Position numbers and translations under genes: made by a program
DNA from: Eledone cirrhosa
Taxonomy: Eukaryota
DNA: 64,000 bases
Direction: 5' to 3'
Assembly: GCA_964016885.1 (NCBI GenBank)
Contig: OZ024740.1
Location: forward strand, 270,382,001 to 270,446,000
Part shown: positions 34,032 to 45,987 of the stretch, piece after piece
How the letters are laid out: each line of letters opens with the position of its first letter
Position numbering within the stretch: the stretch's first letter is position 1
Notes under the pieces: model-generated
Database searches by the model: none
Told to the model about the DNA's origin: nothing
What the model saw: the letters and a program-made list of their open reading frames with translations, nothing else

Positions 34032-36545
34032 TAATGCCAGGCCAAACATTAACAAATCAAAAATGTCTACACTTAAACGTATATAAAATGATAAAACAAT
34101 AATAATTAAATAAGCAGATAAAGGGGGTGCAGTTGTTATAATGGATGCTGAATACTACAAAGATTTGGTTGAGGAACAACTGAAAGACACAACATTCTAT
34201 CATGAAATACCGTCAAATATAGACCACAACATCATAAAGAAAATCAACAACCTGGCTTCAAAATACCACAACTCACTTACTGATAAGGAAAGAGACTACA
34301 TCACTAATTTTGAGCCAAAACCCAGCAACCTGTATGGCCTACCGAAAGTTCATAAGTCAAAGGAAATACAATTGGCAGTAAGAGAACAAAACAGTGAGTA
34401 CATTAAATTACTACACCCAAAAGACTTAAAACTTAGACCTATTATAGCTGGTCCAACATGCACCACCCACCGTCTAAGCAATTTTGTTGACATTATTTTG
34501 AAACCACTATGTATTCACACACCCAGTTTCATCCGGGATGATATCGACTTCCTGTCCCATCTTCCCAAAACAAAGGAAACGAATTCGCTTCTACTTAGTG
34601 TTGATGTGGTAAGCCTTTACACCAACATTACACATGATTTAGGAATAAAGGCGTTTAAATACTGGGTGGAAAAACATAGAGAAGTGATTCCCATCAGATT
34701 CACAGCGCCATTTATATTAGACGCAGTTAAACTTATTCTGGAAAACAACACTTTCTTCTTCAATGGAAACAATTACATCCAAATTAGAGGCACAGCGATG
34801 GGAACGAAGTTTGCTCCCGTTTACGCGAACTCTGTAATGGTATACTTAGAACAACAATTCTACCAAGAAATAGAGGAAAAATATAGTACTGACTTTAGAA
34901 AGTACATTGAAAAATCTTGGAAGAGATACCTTGACGACTGTTTCATCATCTGGACAGAATCTCTAGATACTCTGGATGAGTTAAATATCCTCCTGAATAA
35001 CTTACACCCATCTCTCCAATTCACAAAAGAGATGAGTAGGACTAAATTACCATTCCTGAATATAATTATAATCAAAAACGACACCACCATTACCACGGAT
35101 ATTTATTATAAACACACAGACACCCATCAATATCTGAATTTTAAGTCGTGCCATCCACCTCATACAAATTGCAACATCCCATACTGCCTCCCAGAAGAAT
35201 TTGTACCATCGTAGAAGATACGAATACCAGGTACAAACGCCTAACAGAACTAAGAGAATTTTTGCTCAAACAAAAATACCCATCTCTACTTATAGAAAAT
35301 GGCATACAGCGGGCTATAAAAATACCTATACAACAACTTAGGACAACCCAAGGAAGAAGAAACCAAGAACTGGTCATAACATTTATAATGACACACAACC
35401 CATGTCACCAGAATAACTTCAACACTGCCAAAGCAAACCTACCGATCATTGCTCAAAGTAATGAATTAAAAGGCTTAATCACAGATCGATCTTTGATTCT
35501 TAGTAAAAGACAGCCGAAAAGTTTAAAGCAATTACTAAAGCAAAGTTTGACCTTAACAACAAAAACCAATCATTCACTGTATCTAAATGCAATGATAGTC
35601 GATGTGGCACATGTCAATCCATACACGCCGGTCAATATATGAAAACAAAAACTGGAAAAAATGCAATGATAGTCGATGTGGCACATGTCAATCCATACAC
35701 GCCGGTCAATATATGAAAACAAAAACTGGAAAAATATTCCCAAATGCAAATATGAACTGCAAAAGCAGAAATCTAATTTACTGCATTAAATGCCCGAATT
35801 GTGAAGAACTATATGTCGGTCAAACTGGAAATGCACTATCGGAACGTGCACGGGTACACCGAAAGCAAATCAGAGACCCAAATGTCCGTCAGATACCCCT
35901 AAGTAACCATCTAGCAACATGTGGTCAGGGAATATTTATAATATTCCCATTCTACAAATTACACAGCCCAAGTGAAATCAAGAGAAAAATCAAAGAAAAG
36001 AATTTTATTGATAAATTCAAACCCAAGCTAAATGAACAGTAATAATGGGGGATTACTCCTACTATGACTATGACTACGACCAAGTCGACTACGACCACTA
36101 ACAAAAACAACAACAATAATAATAATAATAAAAGTCATGTTGATGGTGATGATTACTAGAAAATGGTATTTTCATCATTTCTAAAAATAGCAAAACAATT
36201 GATGCTTTGGATAGGGTCAATTAGGAGTCGTTAGACATGCTCAACCAATCGTGACGCCTAAACCAATCAGCTTTAGTAATCCAGTGAAACTACACACCGA
36301 TTGGTCGAAATACAGTTTGCAAGATTTAGCATTCTGGAGCCACTTTTCACTGTATATAAGGCACAAAATTTACCCATCTCATTACAGTTGAAAATTGCAA
36401 ACTTGACATTATGAACCTGAAGATTGCGAAAGCATGAAAGTACTTGTTCAATTAACACTTAACATTTAATATTCTACCATACTATATAAATTTTAAAGGA
36501 TTGTAAATAAAACGAGTAAATCAGACAAAGTTGGAATTCCTTTTA

Positions 36546-36550
<5 letters not shown>
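34032..36550 (+). mobile_element. Neptune-like PLE, 5'-truncated, frameshifted
   Basis: ADKG, LYGLPKVHK, RPII, DVVSLYTNI, GTAMGT, RYLDD, KLPFL; C..RC.TC linker; NLIYCIKCPNC..YVGQT...R..H; FYK...E...I.KFKP.LN. Frameshift at ~35190 and a 74-bp tandem duplication at 35585-35734. Confidence 0.9.
36412..36450 (+). ncRNA. Minimal HHR in the pLTR of the Neptune-like PLE
   Basis: TGAAC-CTGAAGA-TTGC-GAAA-GCAT-GAAA-GTAC-TT-GTTCA; palindromic loop GTAC; U.U at the base of stem II. Confidence 0.75.
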
Positions 36551-36608
<58 letters not shown>

Positions 36609-36698
36609 TTAGGTTAATAGGAGTTAGGTATTGTATACCCGTGTCCCATTAAGGTATTGGCAGCATAATAATTAGCTTTATGCTTTGGAGCAGAGCCG

Positions 36699-37123
36699 TA
36701 TATATGAAAAAGAACACAAGAGCGTCTACAACATCAAAAGATTTTTATTGGCTTACAATGTTTCTTCCTTACGTAACCGTAGGATTCGTCAGAGCTATAA
36801 AAGGGGTTTGATTGGTGTTATGGACTCTACCAACCAAACATTCAAGAACAAAGAGTAAAGAGAGTAAAGAGCAAAAGTAGGGGACGATAAGTCTAATTTT
36901 GGTGCGGGAGGGTGGGGTGTGGGTCCTTGTTTACTAGCTGCGGTCATATTAATTCCCTACTTTTGTTCTTTACTCTCTTTACTCTTTGTTCTTGAATGGT
37001 TGGTAGAGTCCATAACACCAATCAAACCCCTTTTATAGCTCTGACGAATCCTACGGTTACGTAAGGAAGAAACATTGTAAGCCAATAAAAATCTTTTGAT
37101 GTTGTAGACGCTCTTGTGTTCTT

Positions 37124-37135
<12 letters not shown>
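36699..37135. repeat. ORF-less inverted repeat with an HHR in each arm
   Basis: Arms ~36699-36883 and 36955-37135, near identical. HHRs at 36751-36795 (-) and 37038-37082 (+). Confidence 0.85.
37038..37082 (+). ncRNA. Hammerhead ribozyme motif (identical mirror at 36751-36795, minus)
   Basis: GCT-CTGACGA-ATCCTACG-GTTA-CGTAAGGAA-GAAAC-ATT-GT-A-AGC. Confidence 0.7.
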
Positions 37136-37201
<66 letters not shown>

Positions 37202-38338
37202 AGAGAAAGACAGAAGGCGAGGGAGAGATAGAAAGAGAGAAGGTAAGAGAGAGATAGAAAGAGAGAAGATCGAGAAAACAAATAAAAAGAAAAAAAGTAT
37301 TGCGAAACAAAAGATACAAAAGAAAAAGCAATAATTTTCTTCTAAAATCTCTATACATTAGTGTTTATGTGTATGTATGTCCATATGTTTATGCACACTG
37401 TGTTATATTATATGTATATATCTCCATATGTTTATGCATGCTGTGTTGCATGTATATGTGTTGGGTTTTATATATTGTGTGCATACATATGATGACACGG
37501 ATAATATATCTAGAATTTCTTTTCCTGTTTGTTTTAATATCACACTAGTTAATTATCATTTTATTGGGAACAAAATTAAAATTCCGAGGAAAATAAATCT
37601 TAATTCACGACGTTATGTATTATTCTGTATATGTCTATTTCTAAAGGCTACTATTAGGAAAACAGCAAGAATGTATAACTTTCTATGTTGGTGTGTACAA
37701 TCGACCGTTGCATTGCTAATATAGAAAGTTTCATTTTTGTTAAAATATAGAGTACTGGCAAAACTTAATCGATTACTAATATTCGTTGTATTTGTATGGA
37801 ATTATAAATGTATACTCATCTGTAAAAAATGTTATAATTCATTCGGGAAATAATAAATATCGGAATTTTCTTTATCCTGTACATCACTTGAGCTTAAATA
37901 TTCATGCACAGACATATTAAAGTATATAGATAAGAAATATTTGGAGAATTTGAACAGCGAAATATATATATATATGTATGTAAAAGGTAAACAGAAATAA
38001 CAACACAATCGGTACACTATATGGAAGGGATATATTAGGGTAACGCTTGAAGTAGCAGGAAGAGGGTCTTAACGTTTCGGATGCTAGTCCTTATGTATGC
38101 ATATATATATTGTTATACTTTTGGAAGGACATGTTTCCAATAAAAACATGCACCTGTTGGTTTTCTCTTCGGTTTATTATGCGTTTCCGGTTGGTTGGTT
38201 CGATAACCAGAAGGTTGTTTATATATATTGCCAAAGTTCTTTCATCACGAATTGGGTGACCTCCTCAGAGACTAGGTTTTTATTTGTGTGTCTCGCCTTT
38301 GTTCTATCCTACACCATTTTGTTTTTGTGCGTTTTGTG

Positions 38339-38378
<40 letters not shown>

Positions 38379-38646
38379 GAAACACACAGATACATGCGGA
38401 CGCACACATATATACATGAACGCATCCGCACCCAACTGTGAGTTAAGGGTGCCAACTTCACCGATGTTGCTCAATGAATGACTGGGACAGACCAATTCAG
38501 TTTGAACTAGACTGAACCAGTATCAGAGTTAAAAATACATTATGAAGAGAGAAGAAACATTTAGATATAATTAGTAATAAAATGTATCATACCTAAACTG
38601 TTCCTAAATTCCTCGACTACGTAGTTTCGTGGCATAAACACGTATA

Positions 38647-39330
38647 TCTGAAAGTATATACTTTCCTTATGCATATTAACGGCTGAGCAGCCTAATTTGC
38701 ATATCGAGTGAGTTAATCGGCCGGGGTACCGAAAACGATAAACGGAAAAAATGAAACGAAATTTCATTTCTCACTCTTAGTACGGCTGTTACTTAAATAT
38801 AAGTATGTATTCGTACATACATATATGTATACAGAAACACAGTAGTATGTATATACGTATACATACATGCACACATATATATATGTACGTATGGATTCAC
38901 CGAACATTTATTATACTGCTCGGTGTGTTTGTAAACATATATGCAAATTAGGCTGCTCAGCCGTTAATATGCATAAGGAAAGTATATACTTTCAGACGTT
39001 CAATCATCTGGCAGGAAGGTATACGTTGCTGGCGATAGCTAATAAGCTTGAAACTAGTACAGCGTTCCTTTGTCAGTGTTGAACAAATGAGCAACGATGG
39101 TTGCTAGACACTGTACGGCTTAATACAGGATGTTTGTTTACAAACACACCGAGCATTATAATAAATGTTCGGTGAATCCATACGTACATATATATGTATG
39201 CTTGTATGTATATATATATATATACATACTACTGTACGTCTGTATACATATATATATGTACGTATACATACTTATATTTATGTAACAGCCGTACTAAGAG
39301 TGAGAAATGAAATTTCGTTTCATTTTTTCC

Positions 39331-39336
<6 letters not shown>
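38647..39336. repeat. Interleaved inverted duplications of a pLTR-like sequence
   Basis: 38647-38704 is inverted at ~38938-38997, and 38738-38937 is inverted at 39135-39336. An HHR lies at 39024-39064. Confidence 0.75.
39024..39064 (+). ncRNA. Minimal HHR with core substitution (CTGGCGA)
   Basis: CGTTG-CTGGCGA-TAGCT-AATA-AGCTT-GAAA-CTAG-TA-CAGCG. Confidence 0.65.
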
Positions 39337-39394
<58 letters not shown>

Positions 39395-39606
39395 AAAAGA
39401 AAGAAATGGAAAAAAGTGGCCACAGAAGTAACATTCGAACCCCAGCCAGGTGCGATAAAAAGCACAAACTCTCCATCACATTTCTACTTTTGAAAAGCAT
39501 AAAACAAATAAATATTCTTTAAACAACTCCAGTTGCATTTTCGATTACTTTTCCTTATACTTTCACTCGTTTTTGTTTTTTTTTTCATTTAAAAGAAAAA
39601 CATCAT

Positions 39607-39665
<59 letters not shown>

Positions 39666-39666
39666 T

Positions 39667-39883
39667 ATTAGAAAATAGAATAGCTTTCACCGTATTTTTG
39701 ACTAAAGGAATCTTAGCCTGATAATGGGGTTTAGAACCCTCAGATAAATGGAAAAAGATGAGTATTGACGTACATGTACATCAATACTCATCTTTTTTCA
39801 TTTATCTGAAGGTTCTAAACCCCATTATCAGGCTAAAATTCCTTTAGTCAAAAATACGGTGAAAGCTATTCTATTTTTCTAAT
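39667..39883. repeat. Near-perfect 217-bp palindrome with no loop
   Basis: Centre GTACA|TGTAC at 39774/39775; ~5 mismatches or indels between the arms. Confidence 0.88.
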
Positions 39884-40477
39884 TTCAAACCTGCTCACTG
39901 TTTCAAAACATACTTACTTGCCATATAAATATATATTTATTTATTTATCTATTTATTTATATATATATGTTTATATATATGAAGAGAGGTGTGGGAGAAA
40001 GAGGTAGAATGATAGGAAGAAAATGGATGGTATTTGAACGAAGACGAACTTTTCTAAATCTCTGAACATATGTACATGAGCGCAAGTGGATTGTGTACGT
40101 ACACATAATCACTTCGAATGACACGTATGAAAAATGTCTGAAATATTACACTAGTTAATTACTGCTTTACCGAAAAGAAATCGTATTCGATTGGAAGTAA
40201 ATAAATACATATCAAAGCTTCGAAAATTATACAGTAGTGTGTCTGTTAGTATTCTATAGACGAAAATTAAGATGCTACAAAATACACAAACATTCATGAT
40301 TGCGCTTTGTCAAAATTTAAAGAATATAATTACGTCTATGAAATGTTTCCTCCTAATAGAATTCTGTTAGCTGATCATATTATTTCTCTTTATGTTAAAA
40401 GAATTACTTTATAGTGTCACCTAATCCAGTATGTATGAATATCTGTATGTGTACATGGCTGTTCATTTATATGAGTT

Positions 40478-40830
40478 TCTTTTATTTCTCGTCGTGTCCA
40501 CAAGAGTGTGTGTTACAAAGCTTGGCTAGATATGGTTCCGCCACAACTGAACATATTGCTATGCTTTCTCATTAAACTCTGCCAAGTCAATGCTGTTTGG
40601 TGGTGTTCCAATAGGGGACATATCAGGATGTGCTACGTAGTCTGTGGTTCGAAACCACAGTCACACACCGATATCCCCATTTTTCAAGATTGGCTTTTGC
40701 ACATCCAACACCAGATCTTAGTCTCTTTAGGCAGCATTTCTACACTGCATAGTTTGTATCTGCTCCAGGGGGTAGTATTTCACTCGCCTTTAGCTGCATT
40801 GTTGTTACAGGTAGGAGGTTGTTAAGTTTT
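40478..40830 (-). mobile_element. Decayed 3' end of a non-LTR element (RTEX/I-group-like zinc knuckle)
   Basis: Minus-strand translation across stops: LKRLRSGVG...KWGY...CDCGFEPQT.HILICP; A-rich tail. Confidence 0.55.
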
Positions 40831-41214
40831 ACGTCCAAGCGAGTGACCCTTTCACTACTTATGTTTTATTTTCCAAGGAGTGTAACGCTCTTTAGCAAAT
40901 TTTCCTGGATTTAAGGTGGCTTTTGGCTGACACATGGCCGAAGAGAGGGTGTTTTTGATATGTGTTAAAATAGATCGACTATAATATTTCTCAGCTTGCA
41001 TATCTTGGACAAAAATCCTTTACTTTTAGTTGTACTGTCCTAATCTTCTTCGTAATTCATAATTATATTTTTTATATTAGAAGCCATATACAGGGAGGTT
41101 GAAGTGCAACAAAACATGCTATATAGGGGTTAGTTCAATATTTACGTGGTTATAATATGTTGTCATAAATATACTGAGCTTAAACGTATACATTGAACTG
41201 TTAATGTCTATCTT

Positions 41215-41370
41215 GAGGCAACGAATCAGCAGTCATTATAACGTCGGAAAGAATGCTTTGCGGTATTCATTTTGCCTTTCTGCTTACTGAGTTCAAATCC
41301 CACCGAGGTCAACTTTGCCTTTCATTTATTCCAGGTCGATGACAAATGTACTAGTCTAGTACTAAGGTCG
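41215..41370 (+). mobile_element. Diverged tRNA-derived SINE
   Basis: B-box GAGTTCAAATCC, then GAGGTCAACTTTGCCTTTCAT...GGTCGAT. Confidence 0.7.
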
Positions 41371-41797
41371 ATTCTTCCTCTTTATCTCTTTCTCACTTCC
41401 ATTCTCTCTCTCTGTCTCTGTCTCTCTCTCTCTCTGCTTCTCTGGGTGAAATCTGCTATATTCACACCTGGAGAGGGGTGGGCTCCGCCAGGTTTAACAA
41501 TCAAAATGCCCTAGAAATGCCGTGTTTCAATACGGTTCCCCAATGACTGACTCGGGAGATACGGAACCCTGCAACCATGTAATGCCTACATTGTAATGTC
41601 GATTTTAAACTTCCGCATAATATTTCTAACTTAGAAAAAGAGAGCAATCGGTTCATGGTCCACCATATTGGACTCATACTACTTTCGTCAACTCAGGAAG
41701 GATGAAAGACCAATTTACCACCGTTATGATACTATTGGACTAAAATGGTTTCCTTAAACAGTTTGGAAAATGTCTTCTCGCTACATATAACCCTACC

Positions 41798-42062
41798 CAG
41801 TACCGTGCAGAGGTGGGGCGACGGTGTGTTGGCCCCGGGCATCCTTTGAATAGGGGCATCATTTGGGGGAAAGAACTTAATAAATTTGATTGATTTATAT
41901 TAAAATCGAATAAAGCGTTTATTTCATGTTTCCTCTGTGTTTATATATTCAAAATGTTTTCCTTTCTGATAATATTTCTCAGTATATTAGGCCCTATACT
42001 TGATTCTTTGGGACATACAATCAAGATTTGCCCCGGGTATCCCAGAGCTCTGCACGCCCCTG
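41798..42062. mobile_element. hAT-type MITE (265 bp)
   Basis: TIRs CAGTACCGTGCAGAG / CTCTGCACGCCCCTG; 8-bp TSD ACCCTACC / ACTCTACC (7/8 match); subterminal TGGCCCCGGGCATCC / TTGCCCCGGGTATCC repeat. Confidence 0.75.
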
Positions 42063-43305
42063 ACTCTACCGGAAACAATTTGCTGATAAACAACAGATAT
42101 TGGTGCTACTCCTTTTTCACCAATGTGCAGCAAGTGTTATGAACTGTATCTATGTAATGTACATTCAAAATAATTATTCAAAAAAGCGTCTCCTACCATT
42201 CTAGTATCATAACAAATTTAGATTTAAAAGAAAGATAAAAATATTTATCATTTATTTCCTGTTAACTAATTTGTATATAATTTTCTAATTATATATTGCA
42301 TGTGATAAATTTCTCTGATACCATATTTTTTCTAAATAATAGAAATTTAGCTGCATATTCAAACCCGCAACTCTCTATATAAAACAATTTCGTACAATTG
42401 CCCTACATCCCATTTGCTATAACTAAAACATGGTAATATTATAAACCAATCCAACTGTAAAGAATTTGAACTCAGAGCTCAACGAAGAATTTAGGCTTCA
42501 CGTGAGTGATAAAGTTTATAGTCAATTTAATGTAAGCTTAGTCATCAGAATGTTATTAGATAACTACAAACTAGTGCTTCGATCTCAAAATTATGGCATC
42601 TACAAATACCTGAGCCGTAATATATTTACACGAAATTTCAAACTTAGAGACGGAACTTGAAATCTCTACAGTATGTCGATATTAAATATAAACGTTCTGT
42701 CACATCTCTCTCATCATATTTAAAAATTCAGTAAAAAGTTAACTTTACTTTTCAGTTAGTTCAGGGTGATGAATTTTTCAAAATTATTAGAGCGTCAAAG
42801 AAAATACCTACCAGTATTCTTTCCGTCCCTTCGTATTCGCTTGTGACGTCATTGATTCTAAGCTTGCAAGGACAACTGCTATTCTTAAAAAGATAGCTTG
42901 TCCTTGCCTGCGCCTTAGAGAGGGTCTTTCCATGTACAGAATCCTTGAGGAATACAGAAGTGCCAGATAAATAATCCATAGAAACGTTTTGTTCACCAGT
43001 CTAATTTTAAGCATATCTTTTATTAAATTTCTCCCATTAAAAATGAGTTACAATTTCAAATTTAGTGAAAACGCTTTAGTATTTCTAGGGAAGACAATTC
43101 TACATTGCCACATTTTATCTAGCTGACTTGAACAACTATCAAATCATCTAAGAACACAGATACATTAAGGCCACGTCCAGTCGAGGGGTAAAATGATTAA
43201 CTGTCTTTCAATCTATAATATAATAAAGGGATGGGTGCAGAACAGTGTCCGTTTTATATTTCTTTATCCCGTTGGTAAAATAAGTTGGATTACTTTGAAT
43301 AAATA

Positions 43306-43566
43306 GTTGTTTCTACGTTAGGAACAAGGCCAGCAATTACCCAGTGTATTACTGGTACTTTATTTTATCGACCCCGTAAGGATGAAAGGCAAAGTTAACT
43401 TCGGCGGGATTTGAACTCAGAATGGCAAGGGCCGTAACTCCATGCGTCAAAGCAAGGCGTCCGACCCTCTACCAATACTGCCAATCCACCGCCCTTTGAA
43501 TAAATAATTATTTCTACTTTTGGCACAAGGCCAGCAATTACCCAGTGCATTACTGGTACTTTATTT
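43306..43566 (-). mobile_element. tRNA-derived SINE plus partial duplicate of its 3' end
   Basis: Full copy at 43306-43495; tail repeated at 43507-43566. Confidence 0.85.
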
Positions 43567-43736
43567 AAATAAATAATGAATGGATATTATATAATTTATC
43601 TATTAAATTTTGTAATACATGTTTAAACATAAATAAATTAATATATTGCTTATTTCAAGATTCACTTCTTTTACAAGTTTCAAATTTCAACTTCTGGTAT
43701 ACCGCCACCACCGCTTCAACTACCATATATATATTT

Positions 43737-43826
<90 letters not shown>

Positions 43827-44932
43827 GTAGAAAAATCTACCAAAAGTTTACGGTAGTGTCCAATCCGTATGAAGAACTCAATGTAATACGGATATCATGA
43901 AAAGAGAAGATGCATTCAAAAACTACTTTCGGTGAAAATAGATCAACGGTTAAATTCTCCTACTCAACAACCAAAACATAAAACAAAATATAAGTGCCTA
44001 TAATGCATATAAATGTAAAAAAAACCATGAGTATACCACCAGTACATCAAACTAACCATAATATCTCCTTAGATACAGGATTCACGAAAGGTTGTAACTG
44101 TAGAAACAAGGCAAACTGTCCATTAAAAGGAAATTGCCTTGTTAATAACATAGTATATAAATGTAAAGTTAACACTAAGGACTCAATTTATTCATATATA
44201 GGAGCTACCTCTAACAAATTTAAGGTAAGATTTAATACCCACAAACATAGTTTTAAAAATGCCGCACTAGCTAATACAACATCTCTAGCAGAAATAATTA
44301 ATAGTTATAGAAAGAGGAATATAGATTATGACCTGACTTGGAGTGTGCTCAAAAGGGCCACCCCTTATCAAAATAGTAGATATGAATGTAGATTATGTTC
44401 GCAAGAACTTTTTGAAATAATGAAATCTAAGGATCTCCTATTAAATAAGCGACAGGAATTAATAATATCGTGTAATCATAAACTGAGAAAAACCTTTAAA
44501 TATTATAAACCTAATTAATATACACTTTAGAAATTAATATATAAACTATTTTTAATTTAGTTAACCTATAATTAATATTCTACTACTGGTGAACTAAATA
44601 ATTCTGCTTTAAATATTATAAACCTAATTAATATACACTTTAGAAATTAATATATAAACTATTTTTAATTTAGTTAACCTATAATTAATATTCTACTACT
44701 GATGAACTACATAATTTTGCTTTCCTTCTTACAACTATCATTTCCTAAAACAGATACCATTAAGTAAACATATATAATGCTTTAACTTCAGGTTATGACT
44801 CTATGTTCCTTGAAAACTATATATATTTATTATTTCTCACTAATAAATTTAATCCCCCCCCCCCAATAATTATATGTATATGTAAGTGTGTATGTGTGTG
44901 TATATATGTATGTAGGTATGTATATGTGCATG

Positions 44933-45016
<84 letters not shown>

Positions 45017-45043
45017 TAAAAATAATATATATATATATATATA

Positions 45044-45129
<86 letters not shown>

Positions 45130-45262
45130 TATATATATATATATATATATTATTTTTATATTTTTATAATCTTTTAATTTCCCCTCATCTTTAACACCAC
45201 TTTTCAACTGCATATATATGTATATGTATGTATATGTGTGTGTGTATGTGTATATATATGTA

Positions 45263-45344
<82 letters not shown>

Positions 45345-45346
<2 letters not shown>

Positions 45347-45742
45347 TAGTTAAAAGAATAGAGGTGTAACACACAAGTTATTATATATTGGTAAACGGAA
45401 TAGAAAATGCTGACAAATTGTTCACAGTTGAAAAATGGTTTAATTAGGAATAAAAGAGTATTAGTGATTGGATGGGTTAGTATTCAGTTGTGGTTTTAAG
45501 TTTTTAAGTTTTTACCGGTTGCGCATTTCTATATGCTTTTCAAAAATAATTTTGAGATAGAGTGTCCGTGCTGTTTGCTCTGATCTGATTAGTTTTGGGA
45601 ATTCTACCTGTTTTTATGTTAAAAAAGTGGCTCCAATTTGCAAAAATTCTTGTGGTCAAAACAATTTTGATTGGTCGGTAGAGGTCATGTGAATAAAAAA
45701 TTGGTTTTGCGCCAAGATTGAGAAATGACTCTTTCACAACAA

Positions 45743-45818
<76 letters not shown>

Positions 45819-45890
45819 TAGTAGTAGTAGTAAGCTGTTCGATGTTGTGATAATGGTTAGCAGCGATGTGTGTCAAATGGCTATTAAGAT

Positions 45891-45987
<97 letters not shown>

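Noticed and set aside
38064-38095. Minus-strand GGA-CTAGCA-TCC-GAAACGTTA half hammerhead
   Set aside because: The CTGANGA half is missing; at best a truncated remnant.
39420-39480. B-box-like GGGTTCGAATG on the minus strand
   Set aside because: No cloverleaf or recognisable SINE body.
42430-43210. Possible minus-strand host exons (also ~60000-60370)
   Set aside because: Frames contain stops, there is no recognisable domain, and splice sites are not convincing without homology or RNA data.
44586-44720. CTGGTGA/CTGATGA after the GIY-YIG ORF
   Set aside because: No paired stem II or downstream GAAA; they lie in a ~115-bp tandem duplication.
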